Both the position numbers and the translations under genes were made by a program. Below the pieces are notes generated by a model, which did not search any database, was not told the DNA's origin, and worked only from the letters and a program-made list of their open reading frames with translations. A stretch of 64,000 nucleotides of DNA, taken from NCBI GenBank assembly GCA_977017575.1, contig CDRNVI010000039.1, positions 186,001 through 250,000 on the forward strand, in the 5' to 3' direction. Source of the DNA: Paramoeba atlantica. Its lineage: Eukaryota; Protista; Discosea. Each line of letters starts with the position of its first letter. Position 1 is the first letter of the stretch. This document shows, one piece after another, positions 32,605 to 43,448 of the stretch.

Positions 32605-35310
32605 TCATCCAACCCGTGTAGCGAGCAATGATAAAATCTGTGTCGCCAGTCTCATCGCTGCCAGCGCCGAGCCCTGACTGGGTACCAACGCCAGATCAAT
32701 GAGGTATCCCAAATCATGGCGATCCTGTAAGCGGTACAGCGTGATCTTGATCGCCAACCGCGGTATCTGCGCATTCGTCGGGTGCTCCTCGCCCAGTAAC
32801 GGACTCGAGAGGTGAGCCATGGAGTCACTCGAGGAGCGCTGCGTCTTCGCAACGTTCTCCTCGGAACCATTCCCACGACTCCCCACCCGCATCTCCGCAA
32901 ATTTCCCCTCTGTCGCCACCATCCCCTCCTCCCCAGTTTCCCCCCCCTCTTCCTCCCCCCACCTCTCCTGCTCCTCCCCCTCCCCCCTCAACGGGCGACA
33001 CAGCAACGAGAAACTCCCCCTCACCAGCCACTCCATCGACAGGTCCCGCAGCACGCCATAGATCTCCCCCATCACCTGCCCGGCACCGAGGTCCGTCATA
33101 CACCCCAGTCGCCACCCCACCGGGTACTTGGTCAGGAACGACACCTCCTGGGGGCTGAAATGGGACTCCAGCGGGGCCACACTCCCGGACACACTCACGC
33201 TGCGCTGGGCGCTCTCCCCCATGATGGTCCCGCAGCGGTAGCTGTGGACAAACCCGGACCCCGGGGGGAAGACCCCTTCCACGTGGAACGAGGAGCTACT
33301 CCCGGAGGAGGAGGAGCCGCTACGGGGGTAGCCGACGCCTTGAGAAGGGGGAGTAGACCCCGCGGCGTGCGTGACAGGGGCACGGCTGCTGCTACTGCTG
33401 CCACTACTACTACTGTGTTGTTGTTGAGCGGAAGACGACGATGAGGACAGCGTGGAGGCCTTCTTCACGTCTTGTACCGAGAAGGTCATACGGGGGAGGG
33501 TACGGGGGGGTGGGGGTTGGGGTGCGAGTCGTGTGCTGCTGCTGCTGTTGTTGTTGCTACTGCTGTTGTCGTTGTTGTGGCTGCTGTTGTTGGGGTCGCG
33601 TCCAATCCGGTGGGGCTGCGGGACCGGGAGGGTGTTGGTGCCCTCGGGGGGTTGTGCGGTAGGGAGACGAGAAGGGGAGCAGGAGGGGGAAGAAGAAGAA
33701 GAAGAAGGAGAATCACTTGGGGGTTGAGGAGAAGGGGTAGTTGTTGTTGTTGTTGTTGTGGTAGTGGCGGAGTACGGGGAGGGTAAAGGGGTAGTAATGG
33801 GGAGAGTGGAGGAGGTTTCGGTTACGGCGTCGTGGGGGAGGGTAGTGTGTTGGGGGATAGGGATGGGGGGAGTGTCATCGAGGTGGAGAGAGGGAGGGTT
33901 GGCGGATTTACCTTTTGTCCCTTGGACGGGTTGGAGAGGTCTCTGTGAGGCTGTGGTCTCGGTGGAGGGGTTGCTTTTGGAGGGTGTCGGGGGTACACTG
34001 TCCATGGCTTCCGGAAGCGCGTTGTTGTAGAGATTCTTCATGCTTGCGTTTCCTAAGAGTGCGTGCATCACGGGGGACGTGCTGGGATAGAGGCTGGAGG
34101 GTCCAGGGGAGGGGGAGGTCTTTCCCTTTCCCTTAGGAGAGATTACGCCCCCGAGAGAGGCAAGAGAGGAGGAACGGGGGACGGTACGTATCGGAGGTTT
34201 CATTGCAATGGGATCCGAGACGGTGTCCCGAGGCTCGACACGGGCCGTGGCGCTAATTGTCGGAAACTCACGTGGGGAACGTGAGGTAGCGAGTTTCTGT
34301 TGCTGTTGTCGGTCACGTAGGATGCAGTAGGTTACGGAGACTTCTCCATCGATGCGATCTGTGAGACAGTAGGTTACGTGTTCAACGGAGATGCGTAACA
34401 CCTCTGCGACGCGTTGTACAAGTGTCATATCAAGCTCTTCGTAGAGACGTTCCCACTGTCGAGGAGCCCAGTTGAGGTATGTGGGAAGACTCTTGATGAA
34501 CCATGCGTGTTGTCGAATCTGAACAGTAGTTAATCGTTTCAAAGGATCAACTTGCAACATTGAGAGAAGCAAATCGTGGGCCGCTGGAGAAACGTAGCCT
34601 GGTACAGTGAAGATTCCTTTCTTTATCTTGTTGAAGAGGGCTGGGATCGATTCCTCGTCAAAGGGCAAGTGGCCGCACAGAAGAGCAAAAAGGATTATCC
34701 CACAACTCCAGACGTCCACTTCGGGCCCTGCATAAAGTTTTCCACTGATGACTTCTGGAGCAGCGTAGTTCGGAGAACCACATGACGTGGCTAGAAAATC
34801 TCCATCCCGCATAAGATTAGAGAGACCAAAGTCTATAAGTTTGAGATCACCAGCAGCATCCAAGAGTAAGTTTTCAGGCTTTAAATCGCGGTGAACCACG
34901 CGAAAATGATGGCAATATTCCACCCCACTTATGAGCTGTTGAAAGTAGTAGCGTGCTTGTGCCTCAGAGAACTTCCCGTGACTCACAATATGATCATAAA
35001 GTTCCCCACCAGAGGCGTACTCCTGAACAAGAAAGATATCGCTCTGAGTCGGTACCACTTCGTATAACCGAACAATGTGAGGGTGCTGGAACAGTTTAAG
35101 GATCTTTATCTCTCGCTTGATTTTACGGATTGATTTGTGATTCGTAAATTTTGCGTTATTGATCACTTTAATGGCGACTTGTTCACCACTAGGAAGATGA
35201 GTGGCTAGCTTTACCTTGCCGAAGCTACCCCTGCCCACAGTATTGTCCAGGATGTAGGAGCCAAGACGTGCGACGCTAGGAAGTGGTGTTGAATTTTCAG
35301 ATGCTTCCAT
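32605..35310 (-). CDS. SNF1: SNF1/AMPK catalytic alpha subunit with long low-complexity linker
   Basis: GRGSFGKVK, HRDLKPEN, DFGLSN...LATSCGSPNYAAPEVISGKLYAGPEVDVWSCG; C-terminal WRLG...LYRL...YLID AMPK CTD; ATG at 35310. Confidence 0.95.
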   Translation of the reverse strand: MEASENSTPLPSVARLGSYILDNTVGRGSFGKVKLATHLPSGEQVAIKVINNAKFTNHKSIRKIKREIKILKLFQHPHIVRLYEVVPTQSDIFLVQEYASGGELYDHIVSHGKFSEAQARYYFQQLISGVEYCHHFRVVHRDLKPENLLLDAAGDLKLIDFGLSNLMRDGDFLATSCGSPNYAAPEVISGKLYAGPEVDVWSCGIILFALLCGHLPFDEESIPALFNKIKKGIFTVPGYVSPAAHDLLLSMLQVDPLKRLTTVQIRQHAWFIKSLPTYLNWAPRQWERLYEELDMTLVQRVAEVLRISVEHVTYCLTDRIDGEVSVTYCILRDRQQQQKLATSRSPREFPTISATARVEPRDTVSDPIAMKPPIRTVPRSSSLASLGGVISPKGKGKTSPSPGPSSLYPSTSPVMHALLGNASMKNLYNNALPEAMDSVPPTPSKSNPSTETTASQRPLQPVQGTKGKSANPPSLHLDDTPPIPIPQHTTLPHDAVTETSSTLPITTPLPSPYSATTTTTTTTTTPSPQPPSDSPSSSSSSPSCSPSRLPTAQPPEGTNTLPVPQPHRIGRDPNNSSHNNDNSSSNNNSSSSTRLAPQPPPPRTLPRMTFSVQDVKKASTLSSSSSSAQQQHSSSSGSSSSSRAPVTHAAGSTPPSQGVGYPRSGSSSSGSSSSFHVEGVFPPGSGFVHSYRCGTIMGESAQRSVSVSGSVAPLESHFSPQEVSFLTKYPVGWRLGCMTDLGAGQVMGEIYGVLRDLSMEWLVRGSFSLLCRPLRGEGEEQERWGEEEGGETGEEGMVATEGKFAEMRVGSRGNGSEENVAKTQRSSSDSMAHLSSPLLGEEHPTNAQIPRLAIKITLYRLQDRHDLGYLIDLALVPSQGSALAAMRLATQILSLLATRVG

Positions 35311-35785
35311 GCTCAAAAGTGGTCCTCAAGGGCATAAAATTACGAATCATGAAAATGAGTTGTGATACAGGTGCCAAGGGGCAGCGATGGTGAGCTATGA
35401 AGGTTGACGAAAAAATCAGTACGTGGTTTGCATTCATTTAATGCTTGTACGTTGTATCCGTGATAGCTAGTTTGGTAAGAAACAGGAGTTATTTGATGGG
35501 GATTTAAAACTTTGTAAAAACTTACAAAAGTAGCATCGTCCCTGTGATAATAGAACAAAGGATTAATATTTATTCATAATTCAAGGAACCCCAAAGCCGA
35601 GCATGCCAATATTCCCCTAAATCACTGTACTACGCAAGTATGATTAAGCCAAAAAAATCTCAAGAAATAACAAGGTTGTATCATCGAAAGGAATATTCCC
35701 TCACTTGTGAACAATGTACGCTCTCTTCTAAGCCTTGATGAAAAATTATTTCTTATGTTTGTAAAATTATGTTTGTATATTTTGA

Positions 35786-38635
35786 TTACGATTCCATGGA
35801 CGCTGCTGACACCAAGTATTGAAGCATGTTCTTATTTTCTTCAGAAATACGAAATATGTCACTCTTTTGACGGAGTGCTTTAAAAATGTGCGAAATATGA
35901 GGCTGTGTTTCTCTGTTAGAACGTTCCAAAAAAGTAGAACCGTGATAATAAAGTATATTTATGCACCATGTTAGATTATGTTCGTAGTTAGAATCACTTT
36001 CCAATAATTCCGCCACATGCTGCAGAAGAACACATAGCAAGGATTGAGGAATTGTGGGGACAATTATCTCGATAACGCTGCATGGCACTAGTAAAAGCAC
36101 TTTACGTATGATATTTCCTTCCCCTAATTGCAACGCAAGAAGAAGCGCGTTGCCGTAGTTTGGCTCGTTTCTTAATAGCTCTGTAATATCCTTAGGAGTA
36201 ATATGCCTTCGCAGGTGGTGAGGCAGAAAACGAGGTGCTACAAATTTAGGAAGAGCATAGACAAGCACCCCCGCTGTGGTGGACGCAACCCATTCCCTCC
36301 CGTTCGGAGCAAAAGCCAAAGCGGTAGTTCTAGCAACACGCTGCGTAGAACGCTTCCCCACGCTGTGTACTGTCCCTTTCTTGACTCCGGGAAGTTTTAG
36401 CAGTTTCCGGTATCTATCCTCCGCGTCGCTGTCTTCGTCGTCCAGTTCATTTACAGATACCCCGGGAAGGTTCTTCCTCCAGTCGTAAGTCTCAAAGTGA
36501 CCTTCCAAAGAGCGATTATCGGACACAGACCACTTGCATAAAAGATAACCACCATGGGAAGAGTATAGACAAACCCACTTACATTCCCCAGCAACAAGAA
36601 GCGTGTCGCCCCGAGGACTGTATTGGAAAGTTGTAAATGGCCTCTTGCTGTTTGTCGACTTTGGATTCGGGGTCGTGCTTACGTACCCTCCTTGAGTGTC
36701 CAACCGGACATTCCATGAATGCACTACACCAAGCTCCTCCTTTAAATCGTACGTAACCATATTACTGTCGTAGTCCAATGTTACAAGGTAATTTCCATCA
36801 GGACTGTATTGCACACACATACCCTCACTGCTTAATGTCAGACTTTCTACACTCCCTCGTATGCGTTCTCCCGAGCTCTCATCGACGCCAAAAAGGTCGT
36901 ACATCCGCACGCTTTTGTCCCAACTTACGGATGCCATGAACGTCCCTTTCGGGTGAAAGGCTATGTGGGTGCAGTATGCCGTATGTCCAGTAAACTCATC
37001 CAGAAAACGACCCGTCTGAGTAGCCCAGAGGTAGATATGCCCCGTATCCATTGTGCCGGCCGCCAAGAGCTCCCCACTGGGATCGAGCGCGAGGCAAGAA
37101 AGTTGAGAACGACGTGGCGGTGTCAACGTTCGGAACTCCTTCAGTCGGTGAAGATCAAATCCACGTAACGTACCGTCTCGGGAAGCACTGTACACCGCGT
37201 TGGCCGTGTTCGCGACAAGCCCAAGCACCGCCCCATGGTGTGCAGGAAACGTTCCCACGCATTGACCTGAGTCGGAGCGCCATACCTTGATCTTCCCGTC
37301 TTCCCCACCGGTCACTAGCAAAGTGCCATCACTGTTGTAGCATACACAATCAATGTCACTGTAGTGAGATTGATGACGCCAAATATGAGTCTCTGTTTTC
37401 CACTCCCATACCAGAAGCTGGTGAAGACGCGAGCTGGCAAGAGCAATCCAGTTTCCTGAAGGGCTTAATATTATCCCGGTGATTTGTTGTGCAGTTGCGG
37501 AAAGAGTGTGTAGTATAGCAAATTCAGGCTTTGTGACACATACCGCGAAGGTTCCTTCCGTAAAACCACAAACAAGAATACCTTGACTTATATTAAAATC
37601 AGCACACCCAACCTTGCCGGAACCTGCAAGTTGCTCACGCTTCTCTTCGTCCCAGGTATGCGAAGACAGAAAAAGCATACGGTCACGCAAATCAGTATCT
37701 TGTTTATAAAACTGACTATCCAATATCTCCTCGGCCACGTCTTCATCCTTATTTTTGCTCTCGTGGTCAACAATTTCCTTATCGTTATCCATACGTTCTT
37801 CTGTTACAAAAACAGCCTTTGTGCGTGCTTCAATTTCTAACTGAGCGCCGTGATGCCAGTGTAGCTTCTCGTTGGCAGAAATTTCCTCATTCAACCGCCA
37901 CATTGTAATTTGACGCTCACGACTGATAGCTAGTATTTGTGTTGAGTCTGTGGTAGTAAAAAAGGCCCCGACAACACCTGCGCGAGGTCCAGCGAGCGTC
38001 GTCGCAACGGTTCGATGTGTTTGAGTATTCCACACTTTTAATGTTGGAAGCAGACGCACTGTGCTGTCAGCGCCGGCACAGAGTACGTGAGAGTTATCCT
38101 GCGCCCATCGTAGAGCATTGATCTCTCCACTGATGACATTGCGATATCGGGTGAGAATCTTGATGGATTTGTAATGTAGTATTCCTCCTTGTGGGGTGCT
38201 AAGAATTTGTATCTCATTCGGAGAGGCTACCACAATAAGAAGGTCTTCTTGAAGACTCCTTGAGCTATCGCTTTGATTAGTCTGATTACTGGAAATATAT
38301 GTCTCAACCGTCCCATGAGAAAATTTTACACAAGTGGTCTCTCGTGGAAGCATGATAATCTCTAAAGCAACATCGGCGAAAAGATTGGCAAACATTCCTA
38401 TACCTTTTTCGTCGACACAAAATAGAAGAATTTGGTCCGACGAAATATCGAAGCATTGAATATCGTGATACGTTGACCAAGAGTATGTAAGACATTCTTC
38501 AGAGGCGAGGTTGTGACGTACAATACGGTTGCCTGCAGCTGCAAAAAGTGAAGTCCCCAGCTGATTAAATAATATATTTCCCTTAGAGTAGACAGTGCCA
38601 CAAACACTCCTCAAAGAATATTCAGAAAGGACCAT
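35786..38635 (-). CDS. PWP2: PWP2/Utp1 WD40 ribosome biogenesis factor
   Basis: YSLRSVCGTVYSKGNILF; QLLVWEWKTETHIWRHQSH; TGGEDGKIKVW; ASVSWDKSVR; C-terminal Utp12 domain. Confidence 0.95.
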   Translation of the reverse strand: MVLSEYSLRSVCGTVYSKGNILFNQLGTSLFAAAGNRIVRHNLASEECLTYSWSTYHDIQCFDISSDQILLFCVDEKGIGMFANLFADVALEIIMLPRETTCVKFSHGTVETYISSNQTNQSDSSRSLQEDLLIVVASPNEIQILSTPQGGILHYKSIKILTRYRNVISGEINALRWAQDNSHVLCAGADSTVRLLPTLKVWNTQTHRTVATTLAGPRAGVVGAFFTTTDSTQILAISRERQITMWRLNEEISANEKLHWHHGAQLEIEARTKAVFVTEERMDNDKEIVDHESKNKDEDVAEEILDSQFYKQDTDLRDRMLFLSSHTWDEEKREQLAGSGKVGCADFNISQGILVCGFTEGTFAVCVTKPEFAILHTLSATAQQITGIILSPSGNWIALASSRLHQLLVWEWKTETHIWRHQSHYSDIDCVCYNSDGTLLVTGGEDGKIKVWRSDSGQCVGTFPAHHGAVLGLVANTANAVYSASRDGTLRGFDLHRLKEFRTLTPPRRSQLSCLALDPSGELLAAGTMDTGHIYLWATQTGRFLDEFTGHTAYCTHIAFHPKGTFMASVSWDKSVRMYDLFGVDESSGERIRGSVESLTLSSEGMCVQYSPDGNYLVTLDYDSNMVTYDLKEELGVVHSWNVRLDTQGGYVSTTPNPKSTNSKRPFTTFQYSPRGDTLLVAGECKWVCLYSSHGGYLLCKWSVSDNRSLEGHFETYDWRKNLPGVSVNELDDEDSDAEDRYRKLLKLPGVKKGTVHSVGKRSTQRVARTTALAFAPNGREWVASTTAGVLVYALPKFVAPRFLPHHLRRHITPKDITELLRNEPNYGNALLLALQLGEGNIIRKVLLLVPCSVIEIIVPTIPQSLLCVLLQHVAELLESDSNYEHNLTWCINILYYHGSTFLERSNRETQPHISHIFKALRQKSDIFRISEENKNMLQYLVSAASMES

Positions 38636-39018
38636 TAAAGACGACCACTTGGATAAAATAATTTCTTTTAGGGAAACTTAGATAAAAACTCTTTTAGAGA
38701 ATACAAATTCATATTTTTTAACTGTACTGTAACATATTCTATTTTTAACTGTAACCAATGATTAAGATTGTTTTACACTGTAAAAGAATGATCAAGTTTA
38801 TAGCTAAAGAATGAATATGATGTGAAAAAAGTATGAATAATATTATAATTAGCTCAGCGCCACTTAAAAGGGTTGACAATACTTGATTCATCTCAACAAT
38901 AGTTTTACTATCGATATGGAGGAAGGAAAACGCTTGAGTCTACTACGCAGTAGGAAATGTTGAGAAGCCGGGATGTGCGATTCAATTTTATGCAATCGAT
39001 CTGCCACAGAAGATCGTT

Positions 39019-39363
39019 CTACATAGCGTATAACACAGGAATATCGCCTGAACCAAAATAGAGAAATGTAATAACAAAGCTACTCACGTATACGGAGAGC
39101 TCTATGATAGTCATAGTTTCGTGGAGTGCAACGTAGGCTGTGCCAATGGCGGCAGCAATAACGCTCACACCAAGGAAAGAAAAGATTGCTCCCCACGCAG
39201 CATACAGCAACGGTAATGAAGCCCATCTCGCGTCTTCTGGAATCCTCTGGCGCGTAGATAAGATCCCAAACACAAGATAAATTATTGAGCAAATAGCAAC
39301 GCTGTAACCTGTTACACTCGCCCAAACATTCCAAAAAAGTTCCCAAGAGGTGTTCTCTCGCAT
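39019..39363 (-). CDS. Small three-TM membrane protein, TMEM170-like
   Basis: 114 aa with three hydrophobic segments spaced as in TMEM170. Confidence 0.55.
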   Translation of the reverse strand: MRENTSWELFWNVWASVTGYSVAICSIIYLVFGILSTRQRIPEDARWASLPLLYAAWGAIFSFLGVSVIAAAIGTAYVALHETMTIIELSVYVSSFVITFLYFGSGDIPVLYAM

Positions 39364-39984
39364 CTCGATAAATACATTACGACATCACGCTTTAAAATAC
39401 GCGTGCTTAGAAAAAATTATGCATTTTGACTTTAAAATATACAAGTTGCATGTTTAAAAGTAGTTTGCGTTCTTCTATGCTTACATTAACTAACGAAAGT
39501 GTTCAAATGTTTTCACAAATTTTAATGTTTTACTATTTTACAAAAGAGATGCAGAGGATAATGCAGTAGTATATTACAGTAGTGTAGGCTGGAGTAGTGC
39601 TTACATTCCCACGTAGACTTCATCAACGATATTACTATAAAAAACTATGAAAGATATAATGCGAGCCCAACACTTGAACACTTTTTTGAGATTATTTTTT
39701 TTGACCAAAACTTTGTCTTACTTCACCCTTACCAAACCAAAATGACCAAAACTTAATACTTCGTAAGTCCCCCCTTCGCCCTAATTACTGCCCTTAAACG
39801 ACAGGGCATGCTGCGGACAAGAGGAAGACATGCACTCGGAGGAAGGTCTGCCACGCTTTTTGGGCGCGTTCCCAAAGTTCCAACATTTCTAGGGGAGGAT
39901 CTGCATGATCCTCTGGGTATGTTCTAAATAGGTTCTACTCTTTGTGCTCAAAATAATTCGCTATTATAAAATAGATTGTCACTA

Positions 39985-40289
39985 CCGTATACCCCCCCAG
40001 TAAGAGAATTGGTTTTGGGTCGAAATGGCCAAATCTCTCTTACTGGGGGGGTAGGCTTTTTTGTCCAGTTTCCTCTTTTCTCCCAACTTTTTTGACTATT
40101 TTTTCTTCTGAAAACGTGTTAAAACGCTTCTTTGGGTTACCCCCGAGGCCCCGAACATGCAGACACCCACCCCCTACCCCCTACACGCCCCCTGTGGGGC
40201 TCCCGAGCCAAATCTCTCTTACTGGGGGTCAGCTCCAAAAGGGCCAAATCTCTCTTACTGGGGGGGTATCTTACTGGGGGGGTATACGG
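39985..40289. mobile_element. MITE family E, TA TSD
   Basis: TA|ccgtatacccccccagtaagag ... cttactgggggggtatacgg|TA. Confidence 0.88.
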
Positions 40290-40341
40290 TACTTGACAAT
40301 AGCAGAGCAAAGAGATACACTTGTAGATGTAAGAAGGGATA

Positions 40342-42750
40342 CTAGCCAGCCTTTCTACTTTCATTCAGAATATTATGCAAAGCTGTTTTCCATTTTGGTG
40401 TTGCTACACTACTTTGTATATTCGGATTTTTCGAAGGAGGAACATTATTTCCAAGCTGACTAGACTTCAAAGATTTTTGAACAGGAGACGAATCTTCCAA
40501 GAAATCTTCCGCACCTAGATGAGCAATGTGATCACCAATTCGACGATGTAGAATGTCCTGGAGTTCATCTCGAGAGTAATGCGGATCAGTAACTGTTCTA
40601 GAATCCTCAAATGAAGACGACTTCGTTGGGAAAGTCTGATCAATTGTTTGACTCTCGCTGCGACTTACTATTTGTGAAGCGCGGGCTCCCAACGATAGAG
40701 TTATATCGTTGGCATCTACCTCACCAACGTTTTCTTCAGATGATGAAGTCTTCCGTGTCTTGCTCAAATTTGGTTGCAGTCTTCCCGCGTCTAGGATTAA
40801 ACCATTTCGACGCAACTTTTGCTCCCCACGAGCGATAATGTACTCTTCTACGCTATCTTCCATGATAAGACGATATACCACAACGTGATTTTTTTGTCCG
40901 ATGCGGTGGCAGCGGTCGATCGCCTGCATATCGTTCTGCGGATTGAAGTCACTGTCATATAGTATTACTGTATCTGCTGCTTGTAAATTAATTCCAACAC
41001 CTCCTGCGCGAGTACTAATCAATATGGTTGAAAAGCAAGCATCCGTCTGGAATTTGGATATTGCTAGAGAACGTTGCTCCAAACTCGTTCTGCCGTCTAG
41101 GCGTAAAACAGATGAAAGGCTTTGTGTCAACTCATAGTACTTACAGAGAACGTCGAGTACGCTAGTAAGTTGCGAAAAAACTACTACTTTGTGATTTTCC
41201 TTGCGTAAGTGGCATACTATTTCGTGAAACACTTGAAGTTTTCCACAGGTCTGAAACATGGAGTCTAATGTCCACATTTTCTTGAGGCTATTCATCGTAC
41301 TCCTCCTTGGGTTAAAATTTTCCACTATCATCCCACCAATCTGCATCTTATTGGCCTCTTGAACAAAAGAAGGAAAAAGAAAAGGGTGAGCGCATACCTT
41401 TCGCAAATGAACAAGTGTATTGTTGAGAGATTCCAGAGAACATGACCGAATTTTCGACATGCTACTCAAATTGTCACCTTTCGGAGATGGCATGGAACCG
41501 AGTTTACCTGCTTTCCCACGTAAAGAATCACCTCTCCTGGCCACTGCGCGGTAACATGCTTCTTGAAATGTGGTGAAGGGACACCTCAAAACTAACTCTG
41601 TCTTAGGAGGTAACGAAATACCTAGCTGAGACTTCAAACGCCTCAGCACAAAGGGTTTTAGTATATGATGCATGCGTGTCATTGCCTCGCGCTGTTGTGT
41701 ACTATGTAAAACTGTTGCATATACCTTGTCCTCTGAATAATCTTCTAAATTGTCCACCATAAACCACCCACCAAACTTCTGAAGAGCCGGAAAAACTTCG
41801 GGCATTACGAAATTAAGAATGGACCAAAGCTCAGATAGCTTGTTTTGCAACGGCGTACCCGTTAGAAGGACACGATTTTCAGTTTTCAAGTCTCGTAATT
41901 CTCGAATAAGCAAACAATCAAAACGCTTTAATCGGTGAGCTTCGTCGACGCTAAGCACGGACCATTGATATCGATGAAAGAAACTTTTGTCATGTAGGAT
42001 CAATGAGTAGCTTGTCAAAAGAATAAATCCACGAGAAATTTCATTAGAAAATTTTGTGGTCTTTGAGCGAAGATATTTCCGGATGCGTCGCCGTGACTCC
42101 TTATGACCAGTGTAGCACACAACGCGGAGAGACGGAGCCCATTTTTCAAACTCGTTTACCCAGTTCGTAAGCGTAGTCTTGGGAACAACGATGAGATGAG
42201 GACCGTGAATTCCATGATCCCATAATTCTGAAAGATATGCAATGAGTGTAATGGTTTTGCCCAAACCCATTTCATCCGCAAGAATTCCATTCATTCCATT
42301 AAGATAAAGCGACATTAGCCACTGTACAGCATACAATTGGTATGCATGTATTTTTCCTCCACTCAAAAGACGCGGTTGTTGTACATTATCGAGTTGATCT
42401 ATTTTACCATCACCAAAATGTTCACCTCTTCCAACCCTGTTATCTTGGGATAGCAAGGTTTCTCGCCACCGTCCCGTTTGCGAAGATACAAAATCTGAAA
42501 ATAAACTTGTCTTATGAAGCAAATCTTGCAATTCTGCATACGTCTCCTTAGCTAGTGTTGGTGCCTCAGACACAAGAACAGGATTATCTGGTTGAACATC
42601 ACTTAGAGCATTGTCGCATTCTTTTAGTACGAAATCATCTTCAGAGTCTAAAAGTGATTCATTCAGACATGAGCTTTCTGTTGTAAGCTTGCAAGATGAA
42701 TGCATGATTTCTTTTTCCTCACCCAGATCGCCTGCATCGATCTGCACCAT
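40342..42750 (-). CDS. SNF2-family remodeler, HELLS/Lsh/DDM1-like
   Basis: NGILADEMGLGKT, DEAH, TGTPLQN, STRAGGVGINL, QAIDRCHRIGQ; N-terminal LQDLLHKTSLFSDFV resembles the HELLS coiled-coil; no HAND-SANT-SLIDE, chromo- or bromodomain. Confidence 0.88.
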   Translation of the reverse strand: MVQIDAGDLGEEKEIMHSSCKLTTESSCLNESLLDSEDDFVLKECDNALSDVQPDNPVLVSEAPTLAKETYAELQDLLHKTSLFSDFVSSQTGRWRETLLSQDNRVGRGEHFGDGKIDQLDNVQQPRLLSGGKIHAYQLYAVQWLMSLYLNGMNGILADEMGLGKTITLIAYLSELWDHGIHGPHLIVVPKTTLTNWVNEFEKWAPSLRVVCYTGHKESRRRIRKYLRSKTTKFSNEISRGFILLTSYSLILHDKSFFHRYQWSVLSVDEAHRLKRFDCLLIRELRDLKTENRVLLTGTPLQNKLSELWSILNFVMPEVFPALQKFGGWFMVDNLEDYSEDKVYATVLHSTQQREAMTRMHHILKPFVLRRLKSQLGISLPPKTELVLRCPFTTFQEACYRAVARRGDSLRGKAGKLGSMPSPKGDNLSSMSKIRSCSLESLNNTLVHLRKVCAHPFLFPSFVQEANKMQIGGMIVENFNPRRSTMNSLKKMWTLDSMFQTCGKLQVFHEIVCHLRKENHKVVVFSQLTSVLDVLCKYYELTQSLSSVLRLDGRTSLEQRSLAISKFQTDACFSTILISTRAGGVGINLQAADTVILYDSDFNPQNDMQAIDRCHRIGQKNHVVVYRLIMEDSVEEYIIARGEQKLRRNGLILDAGRLQPNLSKTRKTSSSEENVGEVDANDITLSLGARASQIVSRSESQTIDQTFPTKSSSFEDSRTVTDPHYSRDELQDILHRRIGDHIAHLGAEDFLEDSSPVQKSLKSSQLGNNVPPSKNPNIQSSVATPKWKTALHNILNESRKAG

Positions 42751-42866
42751 TTTACAAGTACATAAAATACCGTTGACGAACTAACATTATTAAGAAAAAG
42801 TTTATTGAGATTAAATAGATAAAATAAACAAATAAAGATCAAATAGATATTAAAATTTAATATCTA

Positions 42867-43216
42867 CCGTCAAAGTACTTATTAACAATAATAATAATTA
42901 ACGGAATGTTTTTTTGGGCAGAAATTATTCCGTTAATTATTATTCCAATGATTTTTACTAAATTTCTACAAAACTTTAAGCGTCAAGGGAAAAGTTCTGC
43001 TGATACGTCTTAATCGATTCTTCTTTTCGCGGTAACGTCGCTTTTTTTCTTCAGAAGAGAAATACTTCGAATTTTGTTGATGAACAGACCGCCCACTGAC
43101 TAAAATGTTTGTGAAGATTTTGGTGAAAATCTTAAAGAAAATAATTATTCCGTTAATAAGTATTCCGTTAATTTGTATTCCAATGATTTTTATTCTGTTA
43201 ATAAGTACTTTGACGG
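42867..43216. mobile_element. MITE with perfect 21-bp TIR, TA TSD
   Basis: TA|ccgtcaaagtacttattaaca ... tgttaataagtactttgacgg|TA. Confidence 0.9.
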
Positions 43217-43448
43217 TATTTGATCTTCATTTAACAAATAAATATTTAATAAATGTATAAATCTCTATTTAATAAATAGATAAATAAGATTTATTAAGAA
43301 ATAATTTTTCTTTTTTAGTCGCTTCGTTAAACGCGGTGGTTGTTTTCAACTTAGAAGGCACCACTGCTGGGCGCGTTGCGTTGAAAACTACCACAGCGTT
43401 TAACGAAGCCTAAAAAAGAAAAATTGCTAAAAGCTAATGAATAATCTA

